Shown in pieces: positions 15,207 to 16,418 of a stretch of 16,418 nucleotides of DNA. How positions within the stretch are numbered: position 1 is the stretch's first letter; every line of letters starts with the position of its first letter. The stretch is taken from positions 1 through 16,418 of the forward strand of contig JABCTC010000062.1 in NCBI GenBank assembly GCA_018238545.1, given 5' to 3'. The position numbers were made by a program, and so were the translations under genes. The notes beneath the pieces were generated by a model that worked only from the letters and a program-made list of their open reading frames with translations, was not told the DNA's origin and made no database searches. Source of the stretch: Candidatus Heimdallarchaeota archaeon (lineage in GTDB: Archaea; Asgardarchaeota; Heimdallarchaeia; Heimdallarchaeales; Heimdallarchaeaceae).

Positions 15207-16388
15207 TTAACCAAATAATTCTTCGCTGTTATTGATGAAAACGTTAACAATTTTCTCTCTTTTTAGCATGGCATGTTCTAGATTGATATGAACCCAAGCA
15301 ATTTTGGAGAATAACGGTTTTTTTACCTCTAGCACTTTATTGGGTAAGAGAAGTTCAAGATTTTTAATCTTGTAATCAGGATTAATATCCAGAATCATTC
15401 TGAAATCGTTTACAGTTATTCTATCCCTTGCAGCTAACTCGATAAACTTGTTAACTTTTAGCTCTAGTTCTGATTTCTTCTGCCCATGTAGAAAATCCTC
15501 ATATTTTTCATGCATAACATTAGAATACCATTTAGGTGATCTAATTTCAGTGAGAACTGCCCCATATCGTGTGAATTCTATCCTCAGCTGTCCTTTAAGC
15601 GAAAGTTGTTTAAGTTTGAAAATAACCTCTTCTAAAGAAACACCTATTTCCAAGGCAACAGAGGTGAGATTAATCTCTTTTCCAAATTCTAGACTTTCAA
15701 CAATTAGCTTCTTCTTAGTTCGTTCAATGACAGGTTTTCGAATTATGCCATGATAAATGAGCCAGAAAATCTGCAGCATAAAAACACCAAGAATTATAGC
15801 TAAATATCCCGATAGAACGTCGAATCTTCGCCATTCTAACTCGGAAGGAGAACCTGCAACAGCTCGTCTAAATAACCTATCTTTGATAGACTTCTTGGAA
15901 GTAAGAAGGTAGATTTTCAGTGTCATTTGTGAGGAAAGAGCATAAAATGAAACCATCATTGCTATACCATGTTCATCGTATATATAGGAACCAATGATAG
16001 AAATCACAAACATGGATATTGCTAGAAGAATTAAGCAAAATCTAAGTATGAAAGCTGTTGTCTTAAATTTTGAATCCAATTTAAACAGATAGAAGTAAGT
16101 ATTGAGTAGACTAAATCCAACTAGAAAAATCATAAAAATCATAGCAATTTCCGAGAAATATGAACTAGAACTATTAAAATCAATGATGGGGGCTATAAAA
16201 ACAAAAATTGTTGCGATGATTACGAGCGATTCTAAAATGAAGTAAGTTACACCAAATGTCTTCTTTTCTTTGAGTTCTGATGGTGTCAAAGCTTTCTCTT
16301 CATTTGGGTCAATAACTACCTTCTCCTTCCCCATTTCTTCTATCTTAGAAGAAGAAACAAAATCATTCTTCTCTTCTTCAGTGTTCAT
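15207..16388 (-). CDS. Polytopic membrane protein (~5 TM) with a soluble winged-helix-like C-terminal region
   Basis: Five hydrophobic segments (aa ~45-216), then 'EINLTSVALEIGVSLEEVIFKLKQLSLKGQLRIEFTRYGAVL'. TATA TTTAAATA at 16417-16410, 21 nt before the ATG. Confidence 0.8.
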   Translation of the reverse strand: MNTEEEKNDFVSSSKIEEMGKEKVVIDPNEEKALTPSELKEKKTFGVTYFILESLVIIATIFVFIAPIIDFNSSSSYFSEIAMIFMIFLVGFSLLNTYFYLFKLDSKFKTTAFILRFCLILLAISMFVISIIGSYIYDEHGIAMMVSFYALSSQMTLKIYLLTSKKSIKDRLFRRAVAGSPSELEWRRFDVLSGYLAIILGVFMLQIFWLIYHGIIRKPVIERTKKKLIVESLEFGKEINLTSVALEIGVSLEEVIFKLKQLSLKGQLRIEFTRYGAVLTEIRSPKWYSNVMHEKYEDFLHGQKKSELELKVNKFIELAARDRITVNDFRMILDINPDYKIKNLELLLPNKVLEVKKPLFSKIAWVHINLEHAMLKREKIVNVFINNSEELFG

Positions 16389-16418
16389 AGCTAGAAAAAA
16401 GCATCATTATATTTAAAG

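Noticed and set aside
49-15753. Short ORF-track entries (49-252, 855-1046, 1358-1540, 2292-2483, 3045-3248, 3392-3583, 3658-3858, 4206-4400, 4212-4475, 4596-4817, 7781-8110, 13293-13484, 15448-15753)
   Set aside because: Antisense or off-frame shadows of well-supported genes, with no motifs of their own.

Overview
AT-rich archaeal DNA, most consistent with an Asgard (Heimdallarchaeia-like) genome. This is inferred from TATA-proximal leaderless genes, an 'NNQLQSIDL' LRR relic and cell-surface proteins with C-terminal anchors. Left to right: (1) a stand-alone TnpB with a rearranged RuvC (D188/G290/E337/D378, no zinc finger), bracketed by a 17/18-bp inverted repeat built from tandem 8-mers; (2) an internally deleted LRR gene relic; (3) an orphan PAS-PAS histidine kinase; (4) an MFS transporter; (5) an MNT-HEPN (MntA/HepT-type) toxin-antitoxin pair; (6) a frameshifted MFS transporter with a His-rich insert and a perfect palindromic operator over its predicted start site; (7) a 2-hydroxyacyl-CoA dehydratase-family alpha/beta pair plus ATP-dependent activase; (8) three membrane-anchored surface proteins, one a large beta-propeller/Ig protein; (9) a polytopic membrane protein with a winged-helix-like tail. 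The most unexplained signal is an unannotated ~110-140 nt structured island at 11783-11920. It has its own TATA box, a T-tract end and two mutually exclusive folds, making it a candidate novel sRNA or attenuator. All assignments come from motif reading by eye; no searches were run.
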